A stretch of 64,000 bases of DNA from an uncultured Acidobacteriota bacterium (GTDB lineage: Bacteria > Acidobacteriota > Vicinamibacteria > Vicinamibacterales > CAVVIG01): NCBI GenBank assembly GCA_963749565.1, contig CAVVNL010000021.1, forward strand, positions 14,111 to 78,110. Direction: 5' to 3'. Shown piece after piece: positions 29,346-38,741 of this stretch. The translations under genes were made by a program, and so were the position numbers. Each line of letters opens with the position of its first letter. Within the stretch, counting starts at the first letter, position 1. Under the pieces are notes generated by a model that worked only from the letters and a program-made list of their open reading frames with translations, ran no database searches and had not been told where the DNA came from.

Positions 29346-29395
29346 CCAATCCATCAATCAATGACCAGATAACCAGATGACCAAATGACCAAATG
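29346..29395. repeat. Right arm of GGTCATCTGG-word inverted repeat
   Basis: Sequence is ccaatccatcaatcaatgaccagataaccagatgaccaaatgaccaaatg. Confidence 0.85.
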
Positions 29396-30080
29396 TATGA
29401 TTTCCTGGTCGAGCGGCAAGGACAGCGCGTGGATGGTGCACGTGCTGCGGCGGCGTGGTGACGTGCAGCTGGCTGGATTGTTGACGACCATCAACGAGGC
29501 CGCGGAACGGGTGGCGATGCATGCGGTGCGTGTCGACGTCCTGGAGGCGCAGGCAGACGCACTGGGGCTGCCGCTGTGGAAGATCCCCATTCCGTCGCCG
29601 TGCCCGAACGAGGTCTACGAGCGCGCGATGGGTGCGGCGGTCGCCCGTGCCGTCGCCGAGGGCTTCACCCACATGGCGTTCGGCGATCTGTTCCTCGAGG
29701 ACGTCCGGCGCTATCGGGAGGAACGGCTCGCGGGCACGGGGCTGACGCCGCTGTTCCCGCTCTTCGGCGCCGACACGGCAGCGCTTGCCCGCGACATGAT
29801 CGCCGGTGGCCTTCGTGCCCGCATCACCTGCCTGGATCCCAAGGTGATCGATCGATCGTTTGCCGGCCGGGAGTTCGACCACGCGCTTCTGGCGGAGCTC
29901 CCGCCGGCAGTCGATCCGTGCGGCGAGCGCGGCGAGTTCCACACCTGCGCCTACGCGGGCCCGATGTTCCACCACCCCGTCCCCGTCGAAACGGGCATCA
30001 TCGTCGAGCGGGACGGGTATGTCTTCACGGACCTGACGTTGGCGACAGAATCCAGTCAATCTGGTCATTTGGTCATCTAG
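29385..30080 (+). CDS. DUF71/COG2102 PP-loop ATP pyrophosphatase, copy 2
   Basis: PP-loop SWSSGKDS and C-terminal DPCGERGEFHT. The first 4 codons and the last 10 or so are repeat-encoded (a start at ATG 29397 is also possible). Confidence 0.8.
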   Translation: MTKCMISWSSGKDSAWMVHVLRRRGDVQLAGLLTTINEAAERVAMHAVRVDVLEAQADALGLPLWKIPIPSPCPNEVYERAMGAAVARAVAEGFTHMAFGDLFLEDVRRYREERLAGTGLTPLFPLFGADTAALARDMIAGGLRARITCLDPKVIDRSFAGREFDHALLAELPPAVDPCGERGEFHTCAYAGPMFHHPVPVETGIIVERDGYVFTDLTLATESSQSGHLVI

Positions 30081-30161
30081 TCATCTGGTCATTGATTGGG
30101 GGATTGAACGGCTCAATCTTCCAATCAATGACCAGATAACCAGATAACCAGATGACCAAAT
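30057..30161. repeat. Long word hairpin (GGTCATCTGG units, arms of about 40 bp)
   Basis: ctggtcatttggtcatctagtcatctggtcattgattgg, then a loop containing GATTGA-acggc-TCAATC, then ccaatcaatgaccagataaccagataaccagatgaccaaat. Confidence 0.9.
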
Positions 30162-30176
30162 ATCCGCAATCGGATT

Positions 30177-30947
30177 GTGTGTCTCACCGAGGAGACCACC
30201 GAGACGCTGTACCTCCTTGGCGAAGGCGACCGCGTGGTCGGTGTGTCCGGATACACCGTGAGGCCGCCTGAAGCGCGCAGCAAGCCGAAGGTATCCGCAT
30301 TCATCAGCGCGAAGTTCGACCGCATCGAGGCGCTCCGTCCCGATCTCGTGCTCGCGTTCTCCGACCTGCAGGCGGACATTTCCGCCGAGCTCGTGAAGCG
30401 TGGCATCGCCGTCATGACGTTCAACCAGCGCACCGTCGCCGAGATTCTGCAGATGATCCAGATCGTGGGCGGGCTGGTCGGCTGCCAGGATCGAGCCGAA
30501 CAGCTGGTAAATCGCCTGACCGCGAATCTCGATCGGATCCGCGAGTCGGCGGGGCGCTTTCCGACCCGGTTGCGAGTCTTCTTCGAGGAGTGGGACGACC
30601 CGTTGATCTCGGGGATTCGATGGGTCGAGGAGCTGGTCGCGATTGCGGGCGGCGATGCGATTTTCCCCGAGCTGGCTGAGGCGCGCCTCGCACGCAACCG
30701 TATCGTGGCCGTTTCAGAGGTTGTCCGGCGGAACCCGGAGGTGGTGTTCGCCTCGTGGTGCGGCAAGAAAGTCCAGGCGGCGAGGATCCGCGAACGAGAC
30801 GGCTGGGATCGCATCAGCGCGGTGGTTCACAACCGAATCTTCGAGGTCAAATCGACGTACATCCTGCAGCCGGGCCCTGCGAGCCTGACGGAGGGCGTTG
30901 GCCGGATTCATCATGTTCTGTGCCAGCTCCATGGCCTGTCCCCTTAG
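30177..30947 (+). CDS. BtuF-like cobalamin-binding protein lacking a signal peptide
   Basis: It begins directly with the first beta-strand (R-I-)VCLTEETTETLYLLGEGDRVVGVSGY… …LRPDLVLAFSD… and is intact. GTG at 30177 (ATT at 30174 is possible). The upstream in-frame stop at 30150-30152 leaves no room for a signal peptide. Confidence 0.75.
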   Translation: MCLTEETTETLYLLGEGDRVVGVSGYTVRPPEARSKPKVSAFISAKFDRIEALRPDLVLAFSDLQADISAELVKRGIAVMTFNQRTVAEILQMIQIVGGLVGCQDRAEQLVNRLTANLDRIRESAGRFPTRLRVFFEEWDDPLISGIRWVEELVAIAGGDAIFPELAEARLARNRIVAVSEVVRRNPEVVFASWCGKKVQAARIRERDGWDRISAVVHNRIFEVKSTYILQPGPASLTEGVGRIHHVLCQLHGLSP

Positions 30948-30996
30948 CTGTTATCCTTTACGTCCATAATGTCCTTGTGATGATCGAGCGCGGCGC

Positions 30997-33900
30997 ATGA
31001 TGCCCCTCTTCCTTCACGCGCCCACCCGCCGAATGGCCCGCACGGCCCTCCTGTGCGCGTTGTCGCTCGCACTTTCCTCTTCCCCGCTTTGGGCCGGGGC
31101 ACTCTCGGAGGATGTACCTGTTCCAGGCGGGACGGCGGCGTTGGCCCGTGTGCTCGGCCTCGACCCGGCCCCCGAGCGCGCACGGTTCATGACCGAGCTG
31201 ACGCGCGTCGTCTACGACACGCCCGAAGGGACGAGCGCGGACACTGATGCGTTGTCGCTCCGGCTAACCAGCTACCTGCAGGCGATCGATCAGCTGCAGA
31301 AGGCGCTCACCGCCGTGCAACCAGTCGGAGGGTCGATCGCGTTGTCGATGGCGCGGAGCAGGAACGACCGCCGGCGGCTGGAGACCTTTCTCCAGACCGT
31401 GGGTCTCCGTCTCCGCGAGCGGAACAAGGCGTTCACCGTCGAGCGGCTCGACACCACGCAGGCGGAAGAGCGCGTCGCCATGCTCGCCAGCCTCGGGATC
31501 GAAGTAGAACAGCTCGCGGCGCGGTTGAACGGCGGCGAAGGTGTCCGCGTGGAAGTCCGAACCGAGACCGTTCCGGTACCGCTTACCCTCAAGATCTGGA
31601 GCGGCGCGGTCCTCCGGCAACCGGTGGGAATCGGAGATCTGTTTGCGACGCTCATCGGCGATCGGCAGGCGGCGCTCCTCAGCCACGGTCTCGCCGCGCT
31701 CGACGACGAGACGCTCGCCTTCCTCGGCGATCGCCCGGCGCTGCTGCGTGGATTTTACGAACGCGACGCGGCGGTGTTCGCGGCCTTCGCTGGAAGCCTG
31801 CGCATCCGGAACAACGCACTCGTTCTGCCGGGCGGCGATGCCGCGAGACCGCTTTGGGAGGCGGCGGTCGGCGAACCGGTCGCCAGGCCGGACCGCTTCA
31901 TCCGAGAGCTGTTCGCGCGGGCCGAGGGTCGCGTCGCGTATCTATACGACGCATTCGCCAGGTTCGACACTCCGACCCGGGCGTTCGCGCTGGGACTCTG
32001 GATGGAGGGCCCGATTCGCCGTGTGGAACGGTTCGAGGCCCTGGTCAATTCTGTGGCCGCATTCCCCGGATGGACGTTGCCGGAGCGGTCCTTCCGGCGT
32101 CCACCCGACGATCCAGTGCTGATGCTCCTCCGCGTCCCGGCAGAGGCGAACGGCGAGCCGAAAGCTCCCTCCTGGCGTGCCTTCTGGTCGCAGGTCTTCG
32201 AGAGCAGCGACATCCCGGACGATCCAGAACGCCGGGTAAGGAACGTCCAGGAGGACGGCCGCATCGACGCGGGATGGCTTGCCGAATCTGGTACTGGCCG
32301 CCGACCTGCCGTCGCGTGGCGAGCGACTCGACCAGCTCGCGTTCGGCCTGCGCGCCTTCGCCGCTTCTGACGATCGCATGCTGGCCGACATGCTGGTTGC
32401 CGTCCGGGCCTTTCCACGCTACCGCATGCTGATGCTTACGCTCGAACGCATGGGCATTGCGAATCCGGCGGTCTATGCGGCAGCCGCACGGCACGCCGTC
32501 CGCCTATCGGATCTCGGTGCCGAACGCGGGTTCGTCGCGCTCGGCCAGTTCCAGGGCGCGCTCGCGATCCTGGCGAGACAGGCGGATGCGCAGGTTCTCG
32601 ACGCCGCACGGACGGAATCGCTGGTCACGTCGTTGTCGGCCGTCCCGCTCACAGATGGGGCCTACGGCGGCGGCATCGCGCGCTGGCTCCGGGACTCGCT
32701 CGCCCCGCTCGCGGGCATCGAGGCCGGCGACGTCGACAACTTCGACAGGGAGCTCATCGCGTCGCTCGCCGGCCGGCGCCCGGGCGCGTCTCTTCCCCCG
32801 ACGCTCGTGTCCTGGGAGCAGAGGACGTACGCGCTCGATCTGCCGACATCGGAGGCCCGGCGCCTGACGCGCGTGCTCGAAATACTGCAGGCCGATCCCG
32901 TCAGCCTGGCGCTGGCTGTGGAAGCAGTCGCGGAACAGCTTTCGAGCCCGAGCCTCACCCTCGCGCAGGTGCAGGAGGCCGCGGCTGGACTGAAGGCTCT
33001 CCAGAGCGCACTCGATGCGCGGCCAAATCGGCAGGACATCGTCCGGCGGGCGATTCGGGATCTCTCGGAGGTGACGGCACCCAGGGATCTCCGAGACGCC
33101 GCCAAGGTTGCCGATTCCGTCTACGCGCTTGTCGACGATGTGCTCGCGGGCACGTTGATGTCGGTCGCGTACGCCCTTCACTCCGGCGTGCCTCAGGGAA
33201 CAGCGCTCGCGTCCAGCGTCGTTCGCCGGCACGACTTCGGCTTCGGCGACAACAGCCCGGACTCGCGCGTACGAACGGCGTGGGTCGAGCCGGTTCAGAA
33301 GATCCAACCGGGCGTCCCCTGGCACGTGAGCGGCTCGCTGCTCGGGCTGGACCTCGGGCTCTCGTCGCTGGCGCTCCGCCGCACGTCGCTCGGCGCACTG
33401 CCTGGACCGCCGACACTCAGGTCCGCGGACAAGGACATCTTCACGAAGACTGTCGCGCTGCTCAGTGTATTCAGGCTGCGCGACACCGAACGCGACGCGA
33501 TCGCCGCGGCCATCGCGCGAGGGCGCGAGCGTGTCGACGGGCTTGCCGCCCGCCCGGACGCTCTGGCCGCGATCGCGAACGACATCGCACTGGACGGATG
33601 GCGGCGCCGCGCCGTCCAATGGTCGCTCGTGAACGACCCGCAGCGGGTGCCGAGCTACTTTTCGCTGGCCGAGCTCGTCCAGCTCGGGGAGCCGAACGCG
33701 ATGGCCGGCCTCCACGCGTGGGGAATGGCGGCGGCTTGCATGTGCACAGCACTGACGCCGCCGGGGCAATGGATGCTCGACGCCGGCCGCTGGCCGCGCG
33801 GCTCGGTGGCCACGCACGTGGCCGATCTCAATCTGCGCGTTGCGGTTGCGCTGAACGAGCTGAAGCTGCCGGCGGCGCTCGCCAAAGGGGTGCTGGCGGC

Positions 33901-34054
33901 GGCAACGCAGGATTACGTCGATCGAGTGAAGCCCCTGTATCCCGACGACTGGCTGACCCTGGTTCGCTCGGCGCAGGCCCTGTCGATTCAAAAGATTCAG
34001 GACTACGTCGCCACGCTCACCGCCAACGGCCCGCTCCTGCCAGAGAGCCCGTAA
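30997..34054 (+). CDS. Large (about 1000 aa) secreted protein of unknown function
   Basis: Signal peptide MARTALLCALSLALSSSPLWAGA. ORF 30997-32370 continues in ORF 32279-34054, with one frame break at about 32280-32370. It is Ala/Leu/Arg-rich and helical, and I recognise no motif. Confidence 0.6.
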
Positions 34055-34133
34055 TCCGGCTTTAGCCAGATTCGGCCCGCCAGATCTGGGATATAAAGGC
34101 TCTCTAACCACTTCCGGGCAGGAGCCAGTAACG

Positions 34134-35282
34134 ATGGTCTCGAGGCCGTTGCACACCGCTCTCGGCATCCTTATCGTGACGGGCGGGGGGCTACTCGGCC
34201 AGGTTGCCACGGAGCGGGTAACGATTGTCTCGCCCGCCGATGGCGAGTACGTGGCGGGCCGGACGATGATTCGCGCGCGCGTGGAGCCGCCGTCCCCCGC
34301 GCCAAGCGTCGTCTTCTTCGTGGACGGCCGCCAGCTGTGCGTCGTGGCCCGCGCGCCATACGAGTGCCAGTGGGATGCCGGCTCGCGGGTCGAGGCGCAC
34401 CAGGTCCGAGTGGCGGCGACATTCGCAAATAGCGCCCGAATCGTCCACAACGTGCGGACGAGAGGCCTCGCCTACGCGGAAGCCGAGAACGTGGACGTCG
34501 TGCAGGTCACGGCGACCGTCACAAACAATGGACGCTACGTGCGAGGCCTCCCGCGATCGGCCTTTCGCGTCTGGGAGGATGAGCGTCCACAGACGATCAC
34601 GCACTTTCAAGCGGAAGACATCCCGCTCGATCTCGTGGTGGCGCTCGATATCAGCAGCAGCATGACCACGGCTCTCCCGAAGTTGAAGGAAGCCGCGAAG
34701 CAGTTCGTCGGGGCGGTATCCACGAGAGACAGGGTGTCGGTGCTCGGGTTCAACGACAGTGTCTTCACCCTCGCGCGCGGCTCTACCGATGTGGCGGACC
34801 GGGTCCAGGGCATCGACCAGCTCGCTCCCTGGGGGGCAACGGCGTTGTACGACGTCATCATCAGCGCCGCGGATATTCTGGGGAACGAAAGCGGCCGCAA
34901 AGCCCTGATCGTGTTCACCGACGGAGAAGATCAAGGCAGTCGCGCGGCCCTCGAAGAAGTCGAGCAGCGGTTGCTCGCGAGTGACGTCACGCTCTACATG
35001 ATCGGCCAGGGACGAGGCACGTCGCTCGAGCCGTTGAAAAAAGTGATGCGCGGTCTCTCGGAGCCGACGGGCGGCAGGGCGCTGTTCACCGACAGGATCG
35101 AGCAGCTCGGCGACGCGTTCACCGAGTTGCTCGAGGAGCTCTCCAATCAGTACCTGCTCGGCTACACCCCCACGAATACGAAGCGTGATGGCGCGCTGCG
35201 ACGCATCAAGGTGGAAGTCGAAGGGCATTCCGGCGTCCGTGCGCGAACCGCGTATCGGATGCCCGCGGCGTCGGATCGATGA
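34134..35282 (+). CDS. VWA-domain protein (acidobacterial TIGR03436-type)
   Basis: Intact 382 aa. It has the MIDAS motif DLVVALDISSSM, …ATALYDVI…, …LIVFTDGEDQGS… and the C-terminal …NQYLLGYTP…R.IKVEV… typical of this family. Confidence 0.8.
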   Translation: MVSRPLHTALGILIVTGGGLLGQVATERVTIVSPADGEYVAGRTMIRARVEPPSPAPSVVFFVDGRQLCVVARAPYECQWDAGSRVEAHQVRVAATFANSARIVHNVRTRGLAYAEAENVDVVQVTATVTNNGRYVRGLPRSAFRVWEDERPQTITHFQAEDIPLDLVVALDISSSMTTALPKLKEAAKQFVGAVSTRDRVSVLGFNDSVFTLARGSTDVADRVQGIDQLAPWGATALYDVIISAADILGNESGRKALIVFTDGEDQGSRAALEEVEQRLLASDVTLYMIGQGRGTSLEPLKKVMRGLSEPTGGRALFTDRIEQLGDAFTELLEELSNQYLLGYTPTNTKRDGALRRIKVEVEGHSGVRARTAYRMPAASDR

Positions 35283-38019
35283 AACGCCACCTCACGGCAG
35301 CTCTGGCGGTGTTCTTCGGCTGCGTCGCGCTGGCTCCAAGGCCGGCCGCCGGCCAGGCGGCGCCTCCTCAGGAGCCACCGCGGTTCCGGTCCGGTGTCGA
35401 CGTCGTCCCGATCGACGTCACCGTCGTGGACGACCAGGGCCGTCCCGTTGCCGATCTCCTGGCGCCGGATTTCAAGGTGTTCATCAACGGCGTCTCGCGC
35501 CGCGTGGTGACCGCCGACTGGACATCGTTCGTGGAGGGCCCGCCGCGTCCGAATGCGCTCGCAGCCGAGGGATACAGCTCGAACCAGCAGGCAAGCAACG
35601 GACGGCTGATCGTCCTGGCCATCGACCAGCCGAACATCCGGTTCGGCGGCGGACGTGTGATCAAAGAGGCAATCGACGGCTTCCTCGACCGTCTGTCTGA
35701 GTGCCGATCGGGTGGCCCTTGTCGGACTCGGCCGCGGCACGCGGTCGATTCCCTTTACGGCCGACCGCAACCGGATCAAAGAGGCGGTTGCGGGCATGAA
35801 CGGCGAGATGCGGTCGTCCGGGACAACGCCGCTGGTTCGGCGTCGCACTCTCCCTCGAAGCGGCGATCGAGATTACGCGCGGGAATGCCGCGACGATCGC
35901 GATGTTCGTCGAGAGCTGCACAGAGGCGCAGGCCTCGCGCCGGGGGCCCGACGCCTGCGAGACAGAGATCATTCGCCTGGCGCACGAGGCAGTACAGAAC
36001 GCCACCGAGCCGCGGGATGCCACGATCCGCGGCCTGACCGACGCGCTGACCAGCCTCAGGTCGATCGACGCGCCGAAATCGCTCGTGCTGGTGACTGAAG
36101 GGCTCGCGATGTTCGACGGAGAGGAAGAAGTCAGGTCACAGATGAACTCGCTCGGTTCGCTGGCAGCGGCCGCCCGCACGAGCATCTACGCGCTCAGGCT
36201 CGACGATCAGCGGATAGACGTCACGTCGGCGGGCCGTCAGGTGTCGCCGGGTTCTGACACACGGATCCGCATCGAGGGGCTCGAAGCGCTGACGACGGGC
36301 TCGCGCGGGGCGCTCTTCACCGTTGCCACCACCGGCGAAGCCGCCTTCGCCCGCATCGAATCCGAGTTGTCTGGCTCCTACCTTCTGGGCGTGGAAACGC
36401 CTCCGGACCTCGTCGCCGGGCAGTCGTCTCCGCTGCGTGTGGAGGTGGCGAGACGCGGCGTCACGATTCGAGCCCGCGCCGAGTTCGCGGCGCCGGCCTC
36501 GCAACTGCCAGCGTCCGCTCGCTCGACCCAGGTGGCGGCTGCGACGGCGTTGACGACTCCGGTGACGATGTCCGACCTTCCGCTGAGGGTAATCAGCTTC
36601 AATTTCCAGGGCCCCGATCCTTCCAAAGTACAACTGCTGATTCATGCTGACGTGGGCCAGTCGTACAGCGCGCCTCAGAGCGTGGCCGTGGCGTACATGA
36701 TCTCCGACGGCGACGGCCGCATCGTCGAAGGTCAGTCCGCAACCGAAAAGCTCCCTCCGGCGAGCACTGCCGTTCCATCGCCGCTGGTGTTCTCGGCCGG
36801 CACGGCCCTGGCGCCGGGAGAGTACATGTTGAAGCTGGCGGCCGCCGAGGGCAACAGGGTCGGAAGCGTCGAGCATCCGATCCACGTGTCGCTGATCGAG
36901 GGGGGCGCGCTCCAGTTGAGCGACCTCACCGTCGGCGGGCCGCAGGCGGCCACGGCGCCGCTGCAGCCATCGGTCGACTATACCGTCCGCTTCGGCGCCG
37001 TCCATGGCTACCTCGAAGCGTATGGTGCGGCAGCGGGCACCGCCACCGTCACCTACGAGGTGGGGCGGGACGAACAATCGCCTGCCCTGGTCAGCGCGGT
37101 CGTGGCGGCCCGGCCGATCAGCGAGTCGCGCGCGCTTTTCAGCAGGATCCTGCCCGTCAGCGCCCTTCCGCCTGGCCGGTATCGACTCCGCGCCATCGTG
37201 GATGTCGGCGGCGCACCGGTGGGAACGTTGTCGCGCGCCTTCGAGATCGCGGGGGACGCCTTCCCGGCGGCCGCCGCTGACGCACGCCGCACGGACGTCG
37301 TGTTGCGGAGCGGAACAGAGCTCTTCCTGCCAATCGACCCGGGTGATCTCAGAAATCCGTTTCAGGCGGCCGATGCGCTGCGGGCGGAGGTTCTCGATCC
37401 ATTTGCCGCTCGGGTCCCGGCTTCCGCAAAAGCCAGCTTCGACGCGGGTATCGGCCATCTGCGCAACGGCGAATTCGCGTCGGCCGAATCCAGCTTCAAG
37501 CTCGCGATTCGTCCCAACCTGGACTTTACGGCGGCCGTGACATATCTGGCCGTGGCGTTCGCGGCGTCCGGGCACGACGCCGAGGCAGCCAACGCGTGGC
37601 AGACCGCGCTCGTCGGCGGCAGCAACCTGCCGCAGATTTACGTCTGGCTTGGCGATGCGCTGCTCAGGATTCGGGAATTCGATCGCGCGCGAACGACGCT
37701 CGAGGAAGCGTTGCGCCGCTGGCCAGCGGACGTGCGGTTCGCGCGTCCGCTGGCCGTGCTCAACGCCACGACGGGCCGGGGATACGAGGCCATTCTGCGG
37801 CTGCAGCAGTACCTCGCTGCCAACGGCTCCGATCCCGGGGCCCTGTATCTCGGAGTGCAATGGATCTACACAGTCCATCTGAGCGGCGCGACGATTCGCG
37901 ATCGGGCCGCCGATGTCGCTCTGGCGCAAACGTACGCCGAGGCATACAGGCGAGCCAACGGCCCGAAGCAGCCGCTGGTGACCGAGTGGCTCGACTACCT
38001 CGCGAAATCCACGCGGTAG
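35279..38019 (+). CDS. VWA-related protein with Ig-like/TPR-like C-terminal region (fragmented)
   Basis: Signal peptide MKRHLTAALAVFFGCVALA. The N-terminal TIGR03436-like part is in ORFs 35279-36037 and 35712-36098. The main body is ORF 35902-38019 (…SLVLVTEGLAMFDGEEE…, …SGSYLLGVETP…, C-terminal TPR-like helices). There are two frame breaks at about 35700 and 35850. Confidence 0.7.
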
Positions 38020-38077
38020 CGGCCAGAGCCACGACAATCACCGCAGAGACCGCCGAGAGCGCAGAGACACATATTTG

Positions 38078-38587
38078 TCACTCTTTGAGCCCCGCTTGCT
38101 TCTCGATCCGTCCCGACATATGGCCGCCGACGGCGCCATGTTGCCAGGTGCCGGAGTACCGATCCCCGTAAAAGAACACCCGGGCGGTGAACGTGCCGAT
38201 TCCTGGCAGGCTGGTATCGGTCATCATGATCACCGGCGTATCGCCAACCCATCGCATCGGCACGACAATCGGCAGCGTCGCGCCGTCGACGCCGCAGCAG
38301 TCCATGCTCGCGTTGAACCGCCACCGGTCGTCGCCCACCTTCTCGACGCCGGCGATGTCGTAGCGGTCCGGACGAGGTGCGCGGTCTTCCCGGCCCGCGA
38401 CCGTGAAGGAGCCAATCAGCGTCACGTTCTGCATGCGCTCGGTGAACTGGCGTTCCAACTCCGTCAGCGACGCCGGGTCGACGACTGAACCGATCCCCAG
38501 CCTGCCGGCCAGCCAGCCCCCTGCGAAGACCGCCAGCAGCAGCGCGACGGCGGCCGTCGCCCCCAGGACACGTCGAACTCGCGCCAT
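38078..38587 (-). CDS. Signal-anchored hypothetical protein
   Basis: ATG at 38587 (MARVRRVLGATAAVALLLAVFAGGWLAG…), 169 aa. No recognised motif. Confidence 0.55.
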   Translation of the reverse strand: MARVRRVLGATAAVALLLAVFAGGWLAGRLGIGSVVDPASLTELERQFTERMQNVTLIGSFTVAGREDRAPRPDRYDIAGVEKVGDDRWRFNASMDCCGVDGATLPIVVPMRWVGDTPVIMMTDTSLPGIGTFTARVFFYGDRYSGTWQHGAVGGHMSGRIEKQAGLKE

Positions 38588-38741
38588 CACGACCTCCGAG
38601 CGGCCATTCTGGCCGATGAACCCCAAGGGTGCAAATCTCCGCTGCCGCTGGGGCAGGCTGTCTGGGCAAGCCCGGCCGTGGCGCCTCGGGCAAAGCTCAG
38701 GCATTCCATTTCTTGGCTCAAGTTTTGTAGAAACGTTACGG

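Noticed and set aside
38022-38065. gcagagaccgccgagagcgcagagac could be another word array or a terminator.
   Set aside because: There are only about 2.5 short units, with no complementary arm and no U-tract. This is too weak to call beyond noting the resemblance.
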